Position numbers and translations under genes: made by a program. Shown piece by piece: positions 43,278-53,146 of a DNA stretch of 64,000 nucleotides. The notes under the pieces were generated by a model. It was not told the DNA's origin. It was given only the letters and a program-made list of their open reading frames with translations, and searched no databases. The stretch lies in the IMG/VR virus record IMGVR_UViG_3300031886_000002, one strand, 5' to 3'. Each line of letters starts with the position of its first letter. Positions within the stretch are counted from its first letter, which is position 1. Origin of the DNA: an uncultured virus (IMG/VR IMGVR_UViG_3300031886_000002). Taxonomy: Duplodnaviria > Heunggongvirae > Uroviricota > Caudoviricetes.

Positions 43278-43690
43278 GTATTATCCCTCCTATGTGTGTG
43301 TCGAGTTTCTTCACATCTATCCCATTGTTCTACTATATGTGCAAGTTCCGGTGAGTCTTCCAAAAACTGTCTAAATTCATCACAGTCTAATTGAGCATTT
43401 GGGGGTAAGGGGCCATCTGTTGTTGTTTGCATATCTCTTAGATATTCAGTTCTTGCCTCTTCACAACATTCTTCAAAATATCTAAGGTCTTCCATACCAA
43501 ATTCAACCCCTTCTTCTGTGCCAAATGCCATACTAGGCTCATCTTCAACCTTAAGCATTTTTTTCCAATCAGGTTCTTCATCATCTGCATAAGGGTCTTC
43601 AGGGTATGGTCTATTAGGGTCTCTTTGTGGGTCTCTTTGTGGGTCGAATGGATGTTGCCCACAATATTTAACCATTTCAAACCAATTCAT
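43274..43690 (-). CDS. Hypothetical protein, two WxxhhK copies plus CC-C-C domain
   Basis: MNWFEMVK, internal WKKMLK, ECCEEAR...LDCDEFR...WDRC. Confidence 0.7.
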   Translation of the reverse strand: MNWFEMVKYCGQHPFDPQRDPQRDPNRPYPEDPYADDEEPDWKKMLKVEDEPSMAFGTEEGVEFGMEDLRYFEECCEEARTEYLRDMQTTTDGPLPPNAQLDCDEFRQFLEDSPELAHIVEQWDRCEETRHTHRRDNT

Positions 43691-43827
43691 TTATACCTCA
43701 CCTTCTTATTTAGATATGCTTTCCTAGACTTACAACCACCACATTCTTTGATTCCTATTTTTTTAGTTGCTCTTGATATGGTATCACCTAAACCTCTATC
43801 CTGTTTAAGTAATTTCTTCCAACTCAT
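43687..43827 (-). CDS. 46-aa protein, WxxhhK tag, CGGC motif (not in ORF track)
   Basis: MSWKKLLKQDRGLGDTISRATKKIGIKECGGCKSRKAYLNKKVRYK; ATGA overlap with next gene. Confidence 0.7.
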   Translation of the reverse strand: MSWKKLLKQDRGLGDTISRATKKIGIKECGGCKSRKAYLNKKVRYK

Positions 43828-43832
43828 GATTA

Positions 43833-44192
43833 TCAATCCATATCATCAGGCACATAGTTTACATCACTCAGGTATTTATGTTTTCTTGTGGTCCAAATTT
43901 CATCCCATTGTTCCTGTATTTCTGCCATGAATCTTGTTTCAACCTCAGTCCTAACAACCCTACCTGCCTCTGTCCATTCTTCACTATCAAAATAATGAGA
44001 AGGGTATCTTCCTTTTAATTTAGGATGCGTTTTTCTATTCCATCCATACCAATGGTCGCCAGCAATTTCACGAATATATTTGTTAGTCAATTTTTTGAAT
44101 TTTCTTGATTTCAAATACTTCACAATATGTTCCTTCAAATCCTTAATGATACCCTTTTCAATATCTTCTTTTATTATCTCTTCCCAACTCAT
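43833..44192 (-). CDS. Hypothetical protein, WxxhhK tag
   Basis: MSWEEIIK. Confidence 0.7.
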   Translation of the reverse strand: MSWEEIIKEDIEKGIIKDLKEHIVKYLKSRKFKKLTNKYIREIAGDHWYGWNRKTHPKLKGRYPSHYFDSEEWTEAGRVVRTEVETRFMAEIQEQWDEIWTTRKHKYLSDVNYVPDDMD

Positions 44193-44509
44193 TGTAAATC
44201 CTCCTCATCAGGTAGTGGATATTTGTCATTTAATTCTTGTCTTACGCGTGTATCTCTCAGTTTACCTCTCGGTAACTCACCATCTATACTCTGTTGTGCC
44301 AAGTCTAGTTTTTTCAAATATTCTAACACAGCAACTGCTCTATTTGTTTGTGCTTCTATGTGTCTTTGTGGTATTGGGTGGGGTGTTCCATCATGGAAAT
44401 TCTCCATATACCCTCTAATTGCCTTTACAATAAATTCTTGATGCTGAATTAACTCGCGTAACTCAGCATTATTTACTGGTCCTTCTTTCATTATTTCTTT
44501 CCAACTCAT
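44189..44509 (-). CDS. Hypothetical protein, WxxhhK tag
   Basis: MSWKEIMK. Confidence 0.7.
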   Translation of the reverse strand: MSWKEIMKEGPVNNAELRELIQHQEFIVKAIRGYMENFHDGTPHPIPQRHIEAQTNRAVAVLEYLKKLDLAQQSIDGELPRGKLRDTRVRQELNDKYPLPDEEDLQ

Positions 44510-45162
44510 TGTAATTTCTCCTCCATTTTTGCCTTAACATCTAACCAAACTTGTGGATGATTCTGTGCTAATACTTCTTGCACTACTTGCATTTGTGCAA
44601 TAATTACAGTATCTTGTCTCTTATGTATGAGTTTACCTTTAAATTCCATCAAATATCTAAGACTTTCCCTAATCTCCTTCGCTAATTTTGTTAAACTATC
44701 AACATACTTAGGATGCATTTCATCCTGCTCAAACAATATGTCAATTTTGTCATCCAATCGTAGGATATTTCTAGATAGAGCCTCAACTTCGTCTATCTGG
44801 CGTTGGGCTATAAGGGTTGCCGCTGATTTTTGCACTAAAGGCTGCAAATGCTTTCTCATGTGCCTTTTTACCTGTTCTTCACTACATTCTAACATTTCTG
44901 CTATTGCCTGAGTAGTGGCATTTCCTTCACTTAACTGCTCTTCCAAATATCCTCTAATTTCATGAGTACACACTTTACATCGCGGATTGGATGAATCAAC
45001 ATAATCTCCCATGTGATTACGCTGGTGTCTAGCAGATGTTCCACTAGGCCAATCCATGTTTTTATCTAACTCATCAGTAGATACCTGTCCTGTTTCCAAT
45101 TGTTCTTCTATTATCTCTCTTTCGTCGTGATTACACAACTTACATCTCTTTCTCTTTACCAT
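44506..45162 (-). CDS. Tandem Zn/HTH-repeat protein with coiled coil; candidate terminase small subunit
   Basis: Two CxxCxH...HxxxH repeats; start reassigned to the TAATG overlap at 45162. Confidence 0.55.
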   Translation of the reverse strand: MVKRKRCKLCNHDEREIIEEQLETGQVSTDELDKNMDWPSGTSARHQRNHMGDYVDSSNPRCKVCTHEIRGYLEEQLSEGNATTQAIAEMLECSEEQVKRHMRKHLQPLVQKSAATLIAQRQIDEVEALSRNILRLDDKIDILFEQDEMHPKYVDSLTKLAKEIRESLRYLMEFKGKLIHKRQDTVIIAQMQVVQEVLAQNHPQVWLDVKAKMEEKLQ

Positions 45163-46631
45163 TAACCTTGTCCTCCTTGATGTGGTCTTTCCCGATTTGT
45201 CCAATGAATATCTATTGTGTCAGGTTGCCAATCATATTCTGATATAACAAAATCAGGATACCAACCTATTAATAATGGCAATGCTGCCTCAACAGACATT
45301 CCTAGTAAATCTGGTGAATTGAATCTAATATATCTATTACCTTGTTTTCTAGACGCATAAATTAATGGGTCTATTCTTTCTTCAAATAAATCTTCTGCTT
45401 CCCAATGGTTAATTCCCTCATGTGGTGCTTTTAATGGGACTCTTTCATGAAGTTCATCTTCAGACATTGGAGCCTTTAATATATCCATCCATCTAATGTT
45501 TCTATTAGGGATGAATGCTTTCTTAGTATCCTTTTCTTTCTTTTTATTATATTCTTCACGAGTTGGTAAATGCACCGCTAACTCTCCAATCTTACCCAAA
45601 CCAAGCATAAATCCAATATTCCTAACTTGTCTACGAGCAATGCGTAATTTGTAAAACTTAACTTCTCCTTTAATTCCCTTCTTTTGACCTAATTGTTTTA
45701 TTAACTCACTTTCTTCAGGCTCAGTAACTTTGAATTCTTTTGTCGATAATACATTAGCAATATGAGTATCTCTCATTGAGCCTGTTTTTGGATTAACTCC
45801 AGTATTATTTGTTCTTTGTCCTTCCGGTTTAGATTTATCATATACATAGTCCTTAAACCATGCCTTAACTTTTGGTATTCCATACACTCTCTTAGCAGTA
45901 CCTAATCCTAGAATTGATAGTTCTACATTATCAATTTCTATGTCATCAAGGGCTTTAATGCCCTGTTCCAATATAGGCTTTAATCCATCATGTTTTAATT
46001 CTATATTTTCTTCTTTTGTCCCAAACAATGCCTGCCAAAGAGGAGGCTTTGCTTCTCCGGGTGATTTATTATACCAATGTCCGGGAACAGGGTCAGTAAA
46101 TTTATCATTAGGTTTACCCCTTTTCTTATTCTTTAGTTTTCTAAATTTAACATAGTCAGAAGTTCTATAATGACCAAACATTTCTACTTTCTTAACCTTC
46201 AATGTTCTTCTTTCTACAGTTTTATAAACAGGCATCATGAAACTAACATTTGCTGGATTGTATTCTTTCTCTATTTTCTCCATGAGTTTCAATGCAGATT
46301 GTAAACTCTTTTCATCATCTTCATCTATCTCATCAGCACTTTTAATAAAGGCTTCTATTGCCTTCATTATTGTTGAACCACCTATTGACTTCTTTGGTGA
46401 TGACCCTTCTAATTTAATTCTACCTTTAACTCCATGTCCTTCTACTAAAGACAATAGAGTAGTTTTACCTTTCTTTGATGCCATCTTTAATTTTTCTTCA
46501 TTAAATTGTTCACAAGCATTTTTCCAATTTGCATATAAAGTTTCAATCCCTTCTTTATTGACTTGTTGTTCACCAGAGAAGAATTTCCCTTTAACTTGAT
46601 AAGTTACTTTCTCTATCTTTTCTTTTGGCAT
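45162..46631 (-). CDS. Hypothetical basic protein with internal WMDILK
   Basis: Long K-rich ORF. Confidence 0.7.
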   Translation of the reverse strand: MPKEKIEKVTYQVKGKFFSGEQQVNKEGIETLYANWKNACEQFNEEKLKMASKKGKTTLLSLVEGHGVKGRIKLEGSSPKKSIGGSTIMKAIEAFIKSADEIDEDDEKSLQSALKLMEKIEKEYNPANVSFMMPVYKTVERRTLKVKKVEMFGHYRTSDYVKFRKLKNKKRGKPNDKFTDPVPGHWYNKSPGEAKPPLWQALFGTKEENIELKHDGLKPILEQGIKALDDIEIDNVELSILGLGTAKRVYGIPKVKAWFKDYVYDKSKPEGQRTNNTGVNPKTGSMRDTHIANVLSTKEFKVTEPEESELIKQLGQKKGIKGEVKFYKLRIARRQVRNIGFMLGLGKIGELAVHLPTREEYNKKKEKDTKKAFIPNRNIRWMDILKAPMSEDELHERVPLKAPHEGINHWEAEDLFEERIDPLIYASRKQGNRYIRFNSPDLLGMSVEAALPLLIGWYPDFVISEYDWQPDTIDIHWTNRERPHQGGQG

Positions 46632-48370
46632 TCACATTCCTCCATTCCACAACCGCAATCATTACTAAATTCTGGAGCAAATAGGGCTTCTTGTTTCCCT
46701 TCACCATGCCCACCGAATGTTACAGCATCACCTTCTTTAACTAAACCAAACCAACTATCAATTTTTGTTGATGCAGTAAAATCAGAATCCCAATGTTCAA
46801 ATTTATCTTGATTTGCTTTAGCGCATTCATCCCATTCTTCTAATACTTTTTCAATCCATTCCTTACATATAGATTTACTATGTGCAAATTCACGCTTGAT
46901 TGTCGTTCTCTCTCTCCGTCTCCGCGCTGCCCTCTCCCTGCCTGCATAATTAGGATTTTCAAAATCTGCATGTTCTTCATCTGTATCATCTAACACATCA
47001 TTTCCTACATCATAAATAGTATCTATTGTAAAATTTATATTTTCTACTAGGTCTCTAAGAACTATACAATCTATACCATCTTGTATGTTAACTATAAGGT
47101 CTAATTCATCTAATTTCTGTATTAGCAAATGAGGAATTCTAAGCAACGTTTCGCTCCAACTTCTTCTTCTGTCCATTATACCGGAGTTAGGTTGCCAATC
47201 ATATTCTGGTGAGACATAATTATCATCTAACCATTTTTTAATTCTATCCTTCATAACTCTACAACAATGTTCCTCATCCTTAATATTCACAACTTCATTC
47301 TCTCTAAGCGAACCCGTTTCCCTAATTGTAGGCATTAGTCTAAAATTTGGACCGGGTGTGTTATCATCTTCATCAACAGGTTGCCTGTCTGCTGCTCTCA
47401 AGAAATCAGTTCCAAAGTCTTGCCCTTGTATAGATGTATCTATTTCTGTAGGAGTATGAATATACCAAGGAGCAGACCTCATACCTAACACCTTTCTTAT
47501 TAGTTCTCTAATATTTGGAGGAACTAAATTTCTTCCTCTAGACCTTGTAAAGAAATTAGCCTGCCTAAAATTACCACCTTTAGAAGTTTGGTAATACTCT
47601 CTTAATTGTAGATTTATTAATACAGTTATTATCCAATTACCCTTATATTTATCTAATAGATAATTTTGTGTGCGACGATATAATGGGCTTACTCTATTAA
47701 GAGAATCTGTTGAACTCCCTTTCAAATCCCACCCTGCATGTTTATCTGCAATAGTGAACAAATCCATTCTATTAGGATTGACATAATATCCTATTTGTCT
47801 AGAAGTTTCAAGTCTTGATTCATCCATTCCTTCATATGGTTTTCCTGTTCCTTTATCCTCAAATACATCTTCTGCTGTCTTTCCTCTGAAATATCCTCTA
47901 ATATATCTTTTGAACCAATCTCCTCTTTTCTTTGCTTCCTCTTTTGATTCACCCTGTCTTGGTTGTCCTTGTATTTCCTCTTCTTCAACATCACATTTTT
48001 CCCATCCTTCTTCTTTTGTCCAACATTTATCAGTTGGGCTTGGGCTTATTTTCCACTTTTTTAATTGATAAGCAAGACCTGTTGAACCAGCAAAATACAC
48101 CACTTGTTTTCCTTCAAATCTATCATGACCAAATCCAACAGTTCTAGATATTAATGGTAACTTAGTTTCAGTATCAACCCAAGTGTATACTTTAAATTCA
48201 TCTACTAATCCTGACCTAGATATGTTAGTATCTCTTTTTACATTATCCTTGAATGCTTTATCTATCCCTATTGCCAATCCAATATGATAATCCCAATATC
48301 GCTGTGCTTCTGCTTCACTTTGCTCCAAAATCTCTAATTGGTCAGCCTTTAATAAATCTAACCAATTCAT
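46613..48370 (-). CDS. Hypothetical protein, WxxhhK tag plus CC-C-C domain
   Basis: MNWLDLLK; HCCRVMK...IDCIVLR...WDEC; internal WFGLVK. Confidence 0.7.
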   Translation of the reverse strand: MNWLDLLKADQLEILEQSEAEAQRYWDYHIGLAIGIDKAFKDNVKRDTNISRSGLVDEFKVYTWVDTETKLPLISRTVGFGHDRFEGKQVVYFAGSTGLAYQLKKWKISPSPTDKCWTKEEGWEKCDVEEEEIQGQPRQGESKEEAKKRGDWFKRYIRGYFRGKTAEDVFEDKGTGKPYEGMDESRLETSRQIGYYVNPNRMDLFTIADKHAGWDLKGSSTDSLNRVSPLYRRTQNYLLDKYKGNWIITVLINLQLREYYQTSKGGNFRQANFFTRSRGRNLVPPNIRELIRKVLGMRSAPWYIHTPTEIDTSIQGQDFGTDFLRAADRQPVDEDDNTPGPNFRLMPTIRETGSLRENEVVNIKDEEHCCRVMKDRIKKWLDDNYVSPEYDWQPNSGIMDRRRSWSETLLRIPHLLIQKLDELDLIVNIQDGIDCIVLRDLVENINFTIDTIYDVGNDVLDDTDEEHADFENPNYAGRERAARRRRERTTIKREFAHSKSICKEWIEKVLEEWDECAKANQDKFEHWDSDFTASTKIDSWFGLVKEGDAVTFGGHGEGKQEALFAPEFSNDCGCGMEECECQKKR

Positions 48371-48855
48371 GTTTCGTCATCCCCTCTTTCCTCCGGTGGA
48401 GTTCTTTGTGACCTCTCATCGTTTAACCAAATATTCCTATGGCGATGAATGGAATTATTACCCCCTGCACCAAATAATGTTCTGGATTCCAATGGTTTTT
48501 TATTTCCATCTGCTATCTCAAGAATAGTATTCAATGCTTCTATAATTTCTGTTTCAAAAGTACCCATATCACCATCATTATGCCATTTTACATAACGCTT
48601 TAATTTTTCTTGGTATTCAGGAGTCATATCTACAAGATATTCTGGATTATTTTCTACCCAACCAAAGAACTCCTTATCTGTAATAATACCATCATTACCG
48701 ACAGGCACACCAGCACCAACAAGTGTATCCTTAATTCTTATATCCAAATTTTCAATCCCTAATTGTTTTGCTTTATCTCTTAACTCGTCAGTAACCAAGT
48801 CATCTATGTGTATACTTACAGGAGGATAATCAATTTTTATTATTTGCCACCACAT
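48367..48855 (-). CDS. Hypothetical protein, WxxhhK tag (start reassigned)
   Basis: MWWQIIK from ATG 48855 after a GGTGA RBS. Confidence 0.7.
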   Translation of the reverse strand: MWWQIIKIDYPPVSIHIDDLVTDELRDKAKQLGIENLDIRIKDTLVGAGVPVGNDGIITDKEFFGWVENNPEYLVDMTPEYQEKLKRYVKWHNDGDMGTFETEIIEALNTILEIADGNKKPLESRTLFGAGGNNSIHRHRNIWLNDERSQRTPPEERGDDET

Positions 48856-48859
48856 ATAA

Positions 48860-49468
48860 TCACCAAAGAACGTCATCTTCATCATCTTTTTCTGCAACAT
48901 TACCGGTATCTACTGTTCCACCTAATCTACTTTCAGTATCAGGAGAATATTGATATTTAAAACCACATTGATATGCCCCACCCGTTTCTGCATCTAATCT
49001 AGTCTCTAGTCTATCATTACCTTGCCAACCTATAGGTGTAACATCTATAGATACATTATGTCCCGGTAATCTTTGAATTATTGCTTGCATTACATATTCT
49101 GCTGCTTGAATGTTACATTCTCCTCCTGTTACTAATGGGTCTCTATTAAGAGGGTAAGGCAATTCATTAAATCGTTTCATGTGTTCTTCCATTAGCCTCT
49201 TCCACTCTTCATTTTGAAATACTAATTGTTGACACTCAGGTTGACCTAACCAATCATTTACTTCTACATCATTAAAAAAGTAACCTGTTACCCTTCTACC
49301 CTTTTGACTAAATCTACCATCTCTTACTCCTTCTAATGGCAAAGTAAGAGTTTCCATAGGTAATTCTGTAATCTTTTGTTGAATATAAGGGATAACTAAT
49401 TCTCTAGCAAGATGCATAGCATGGCTTTCCCGAATAAAGTTTGCTTTTAATACTTGAAACCACATCAT
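48860..49468 (-). CDS. Hypothetical protein, WxxhhK tag
   Basis: MMWFQVLK. Confidence 0.7.
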   Translation of the reverse strand: MMWFQVLKANFIRESHAMHLARELVIPYIQQKITELPMETLTLPLEGVRDGRFSQKGRRVTGYFFNDVEVNDWLGQPECQQLVFQNEEWKRLMEEHMKRFNELPYPLNRDPLVTGGECNIQAAEYVMQAIIQRLPGHNVSIDVTPIGWQGNDRLETRLDAETGGAYQCGFKYQYSPDTESRLGGTVDTGNVAEKDDEDDVLW

Positions 49469-49824
49469 TCCACCTTGTAATAAGTTTTATTCCCTGTTCT
49501 TCCAACGGAACGCTCTTGTTTAGTAGTAATTTGCATTTTCTCTAATCTATTCCTTAAGAATGATTCTAAATTTTCATTTTTATCTTTCAAACCTTCATTG
49601 GTTTCCTTTAAAGACTTAGCAATATCTTGAATAGTTACCCAACCATCTTCTTGTTTTAGGAATCCCATCACTTGTTTTTCTAGAGCGTCATAAAATTCAT
49701 TACTTCTCTTTCCATGTTTCTTTCTGAGATAGTCTAAATGAACCATATCTCCATGAGCATACTTATTTGCTAACATTTCAAACTCTTTGAGTTCTTCGGA
49801 CTTAACTAAATCAAACCAAGTCAT
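49465..49824 (-). CDS. Hypothetical protein, WxxhhK tag, winged-helix-like
   Basis: MTWFDLVK; WVTIQDIAKSL...TYYKV. Confidence 0.65.
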   Translation of the reverse strand: MTWFDLVKSEELKEFEMLANKYAHGDMVHLDYLRKKHGKRSNEFYDALEKQVMGFLKQEDGWVTIQDIAKSLKETNEGLKDKNENLESFLRNRLEKMQITTKQERSVGRTGNKTYYKVE

Positions 49825-50576
49825 GTATATTTTCTCCTACTATATCCACCTTTTCCACCACTTGCTTCTTTGGGTCTGCCACTATCTTTTGTTCTTTTAT
49901 TACTATTCATACAATAGTCACAAATTGATTGCCCACTTTCTGTTACATGTCTATTTCTGAGTGCTCTAGCATGATGACATTGTTCACATTGGAAACTTTT
50001 TGATGTTGTTCCTTCTTTAGGACTTCTTCCCCCAAGTAATGCCCCACCATATCCACTTTTTCCACCACGCTGGCTAGTTCTCCAATTTCTTTTGGGTCGC
50101 GCTTTACCTTTACTTCTATTCCTTTGAATTATTCTAAGGTTCTTTTGCCAATCTCCTGTATTTGGGTATTTTTTACTTTTATGCGGTTTTGGCTCTGGTT
50201 CAGGTTCAGGTTCAGGTTCAGGGTTATCTGCTTCATATTTTTTATACAAATCATCCATTAATATACTAATCCCTTCTTCATACAATCTTTTTTGAGCCTC
50301 ATACATTTGTGTAGTTCTATCAAAACCAATATTTTGTTGTTCATAGTCTGTATTCGCTTGCATGCGTTCATATACACTATTACCTGAGTTGATTTTATCC
50401 ATTACTTTATCAAATACATCTTCAGTAATTTCTTCACTATACTTATCAATTAAATCACTCAACTCTCTTTTCTCATATTCTAGATGTTCAAGATAATGCT
50501 TAGGGATTTCTAATATGGTAACCAAAAAGAAGTTTGCTGTGCCATCAGTAGCCTTAATCATAGTATGCCATTTCAT
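49821..50576 (-). CDS. Hypothetical protein, WxxhhK tag, C-terminal Zn finger
   Basis: MKWHTMIK; PE-repeat linker; CEQC...CDYC. Confidence 0.7.
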   Translation of the reverse strand: MKWHTMIKATDGTANFFLVTILEIPKHYLEHLEYEKRELSDLIDKYSEEITEDVFDKVMDKINSGNSVYERMQANTDYEQQNIGFDRTTQMYEAQKRLYEEGISILMDDLYKKYEADNPEPEPEPEPEPKPHKSKKYPNTGDWQKNLRIIQRNRSKGKARPKRNWRTSQRGGKSGYGGALLGGRSPKEGTTSKSFQCEQCHHARALRNRHVTESGQSICDYCMNSNKRTKDSGRPKEASGGKGGYSRRKYT

Positions 50577-50941
50577 GTGTATTTCTCCCTAAAAGTGGAA
50601 TCAGATTGACCCGGCACATATTCTACCTTTCTTGCTCCATATAAGCATTCATCGAAAATATCTACTAAATCTATTATATGTTCAGTTATGTCGCGGTTGT
50701 GTCTAAATGTTATTGTCCTTCCATCTGGTATTCGTACAGATTTCTTAAGTGCTAAATCATCTAAAAATACTCTTAATTCTTCACATTCCATTGTTTCTAT
50801 CATTTCAGGCATTCCAAGTCTTACACATAATCTATCAGTTCTTATTCTTTCTCTCATTTGGCGACAACATTCATTGTCAGGCCCAATTCCTCTGTAAGCA
50901 ATGCGTTCCTCACCTACTTTAATGGTTTCAAACCAATCCAT
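50573..50941 (-). CDS. Hypothetical protein, WxxhhK tag plus CC-C-C domain
   Basis: MDWFETIK; ECCRQMR...MECEELR...FDEC. Confidence 0.7.
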   Translation of the reverse strand: MDWFETIKVGEERIAYRGIGPDNECCRQMRERIRTDRLCVRLGMPEMIETMECEELRVFLDDLALKKSVRIPDGRTITFRHNRDITEHIIDLVDIFDECLYGARKVEYVPGQSDSTFREKYT

Positions 50942-50942
50942 A

Positions 50943-51299
50943 CTAATCCCTCAATTTTATCCAATAGGTAGTTCTGACCATGTTAAGTTGTTCTTGTTGT
51001 CTAACCCATCTACCTTCTGTTAGTCTATCAATCATTTGAGAAAAACCGGGAACAAAAGTAAAATCATCCCAAACTCTCTTAATCCTTGTATACAGTGAAG
51101 CACGTCTAGCAGGTGAGGCAATATCCTCAACAATGTCATTTAACTTTAGCAGATAGCAATCAGTTAATTGATTTTTTATTTCCGCCACTGTATATTTACT
51201 ATCTACTGGTTGTTCTTTTTCCCAATCTATAAAACATTCTCTTGTTATAGGGACATACCACTTTAATGTTTTCACCTTGATAATATCCTGCCAACTCAT
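50943..51299 (-). CDS. Hypothetical protein, WxxhhK tag
   Basis: MSWQDIIK. Confidence 0.7.
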   Translation of the reverse strand: MSWQDIIKVKTLKWYVPITRECFIDWEKEQPVDSKYTVAEIKNQLTDCYLLKLNDIVEDIASPARRASLYTRIKRVWDDFTFVPGFSQMIDRLTEGRWVRQQEQLNMVRTTYWIKLRD

Positions 51300-51529
51300 T
51301 CTACATCATCTCTGTTTACTACGGGTGGTTCTGTTGTAGTATCGAATACTTTTGCTTGACCACACATTTGACATTCACTCCAATGTGGTGCGCCATGTGC
51401 TGTCATAGTTCTTAATCCTAATTTACCAGCAGGGCAGTTATCATTCTCACATTCAATATCTAATCTTGCTTGGGACATATCTGAATGAGGATGTTTCTTC
51501 CTTGCTTTAATTATACTAGTCCATTTCAT
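51296..51529 (-). CDS. Small Zn-ribbon protein, WxxhhK tag
   Basis: MKWTSIIK; CENDNC...CQMC. Confidence 0.7.
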   Translation of the reverse strand: MKWTSIIKARKKHPHSDMSQARLDIECENDNCPAGKLGLRTMTAHGAPHWSECQMCGQAKVFDTTTEPPVVNRDDVE

Positions 51530-51879
51530 ATCTCATTCCCCTTCATATCTAAATTTGGCCCACCTGCTATCTTCATCTTATTTTCTATTTCTCTATGGAA
51601 ATGTGCCTTTGCTCCATCACCCGGTTCACCCCTAACTAAATAATACATTTTCATTTGAACATGATAACTTCTTTGGTGGTTTCTTGGAGCAAGTTTATAA
51701 TTTTCTTCAGTTAAAGGAACATCCTTATATCTTGGTTTATAATTTTCACCTGCTTTTCTCTCTTTAATTTCCCTGTCATAATCTCGATGCTTAATTGTAG
51801 TTGGTAATGCATCAGCACTCCGTTCCCTTCTAGTGGGTGCATTATCAGCCTTTACTTTTAGAACTGTTTTCCATTCCAT
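51526..51879 (-). CDS. Hypothetical protein, WxxhhK tag (start reassigned)
   Basis: MEWKTVLK from ATG 51879. Confidence 0.7.
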   Translation of the reverse strand: MEWKTVLKVKADNAPTRRERSADALPTTIKHRDYDREIKERKAGENYKPRYKDVPLTEENYKLAPRNHQRSYHVQMKMYYLVRGEPGDGAKAHFHREIENKMKIAGGPNLDMKGNEI

Positions 51880-51881
51880 AA

Positions 51882-52148
51882 TTATTCCCACCTAGGAGGA
51901 TTCTCGCCTTCTTCTAGAATTGTATAATATATTACTTCATACCACAAATTTTCATATTTTCCATCCATTTTAACTATCTTTCCTTTCTTTGAATTACCAG
52001 CCACAGTAAATCCTAATTTGTGCATTCCTGTTTTTAAGTGTTTATATGCTTCTTCTCTACTAGCATACGCCGCCTCAATAATTTTCCATTCCCTATCCTT
52101 ACGAAAATGTATCTCAAATGTAGATTTTAATACTTTATTCCAACTCAT
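51882..52148 (-). CDS. Hypothetical protein, WxxhhK tag
   Basis: MSWNKVLK. Confidence 0.7.
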   Translation of the reverse strand: MSWNKVLKSTFEIHFRKDREWKIIEAAYASREEAYKHLKTGMHKLGFTVAGNSKKGKIVKMDGKYENLWYEVIYYTILEEGENPPRWE

Positions 52149-52409
52149 TTAATCACTATGTCCAAATCTTCTAACAACATAATCAATATCATTATCTCTT
52201 CTCTCCGCTGCTTTACGACGAGCATCTTCAACCACTAAGGATGAAAACCAACTAGGGAGTCTAACATTTTTACCTTCTCTTTCTTGTGCAACTAACTCCA
52301 TTATTTCTTGTTGTTTCTTTCTATATTCTCTCATTTCTATACCTTTTGGATTTTCATCCTTAATTGAATCCCTAAGAATGTCTAACCAGTCATTTGCTTT
52401 TAGTATCAT
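52149..52409 (-). CDS. Hypothetical protein, degenerate tag
   Basis: MILKANDWLDILR. Confidence 0.6.
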   Translation of the reverse strand: MILKANDWLDILRDSIKDENPKGIEMREYRKKQQEIMELVAQEREGKNVRLPSWFSSLVVEDARRKAAERRDNDIDYVVRRFGHSD

Positions 52410-52413
52410 AATA

Positions 52414-52923
52414 TCACATTTTTGGTTTCTTGAATCTACCTAAAAATCCACCCATTCTTTTTGATTCATCTTCAAGTTGTTTTTTATACTGTTCTAAGGC
52501 AGACGGAAATGGCCCTACAACGGCTTTAGCCCAAATTTTATCATGCTTCATCATCCATGCTTTTTCCTTTTTTACAGTCTCCCATAATACCATAATATCT
52601 TCAACCAATTCATTTGCTTGTTCTGGTAATGGTTGTCTTAATTCAAGATATTCGGGCATTCCCCTTGCTGGCATAGACCCATGATAAATTGCAATAATAG
52701 GAACACCCATGAAAGTTGCAGGTGTTTGTATTTCGCCTTTATCGAACTGACGAATATTACCCTTATCCATATGCCGAATACGATTAAGGTGTCCTGAGTG
52801 ATGTAGAGCCATCCAAATCCAACCAGCCCAACCCTCATTATCTTCGGTAGGAACATCCATGCCTTTTTTACCATCATAGATTTTCACAGATATTACATTT
52901 TTAATTATGTTGAACCAACTCAT
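52414..52923 (-). CDS. Hypothetical protein, WxxhhK tag
   Basis: MSWFNIIK. Confidence 0.7.
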   Translation of the reverse strand: MSWFNIIKNVISVKIYDGKKGMDVPTEDNEGWAGWIWMALHHSGHLNRIRHMDKGNIRQFDKGEIQTPATFMGVPIIAIYHGSMPARGMPEYLELRQPLPEQANELVEDIMVLWETVKKEKAWMMKHDKIWAKAVVGPFPSALEQYKKQLEDESKRMGGFLGRFKKPKM

Positions 52924-53075
52924 TCTTCCTCACCCCAATACCATTCAAAAAGATTGTCAATTAATTCCTTATTCTCATTCTTGTAATCACGCCAAAGTTT
53001 CTTTTTCTTATTGAGTTGGTTATAACCCTCAATTTGTGATTCCCAATAATCCCAATCAATCTTCCACTGTTTCAT
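52920..53075 (-). CDS. 51-aa Trp-rich protein (not in ORF track)
   Basis: MKQWKIDWDYWESQ...FEWYWGEEE; ATGA overlap with next gene. Confidence 0.55.
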   Translation of the reverse strand: MKQWKIDWDYWESQIEGYNQLNKKKKLWRDYKNENKELIDNLFEWYWGEEE

Positions 53076-53146
53076 CGCATATCACAATCTTAAACGGCCC
53101 CATGCCCTTATACCACGGATAACTGCTAAGATTCCATAAACCCATT

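Noticed and set aside
50190..50225. ggttca hexamer repeat
   Set aside because: Encodes an ordinary Pro-Glu linker
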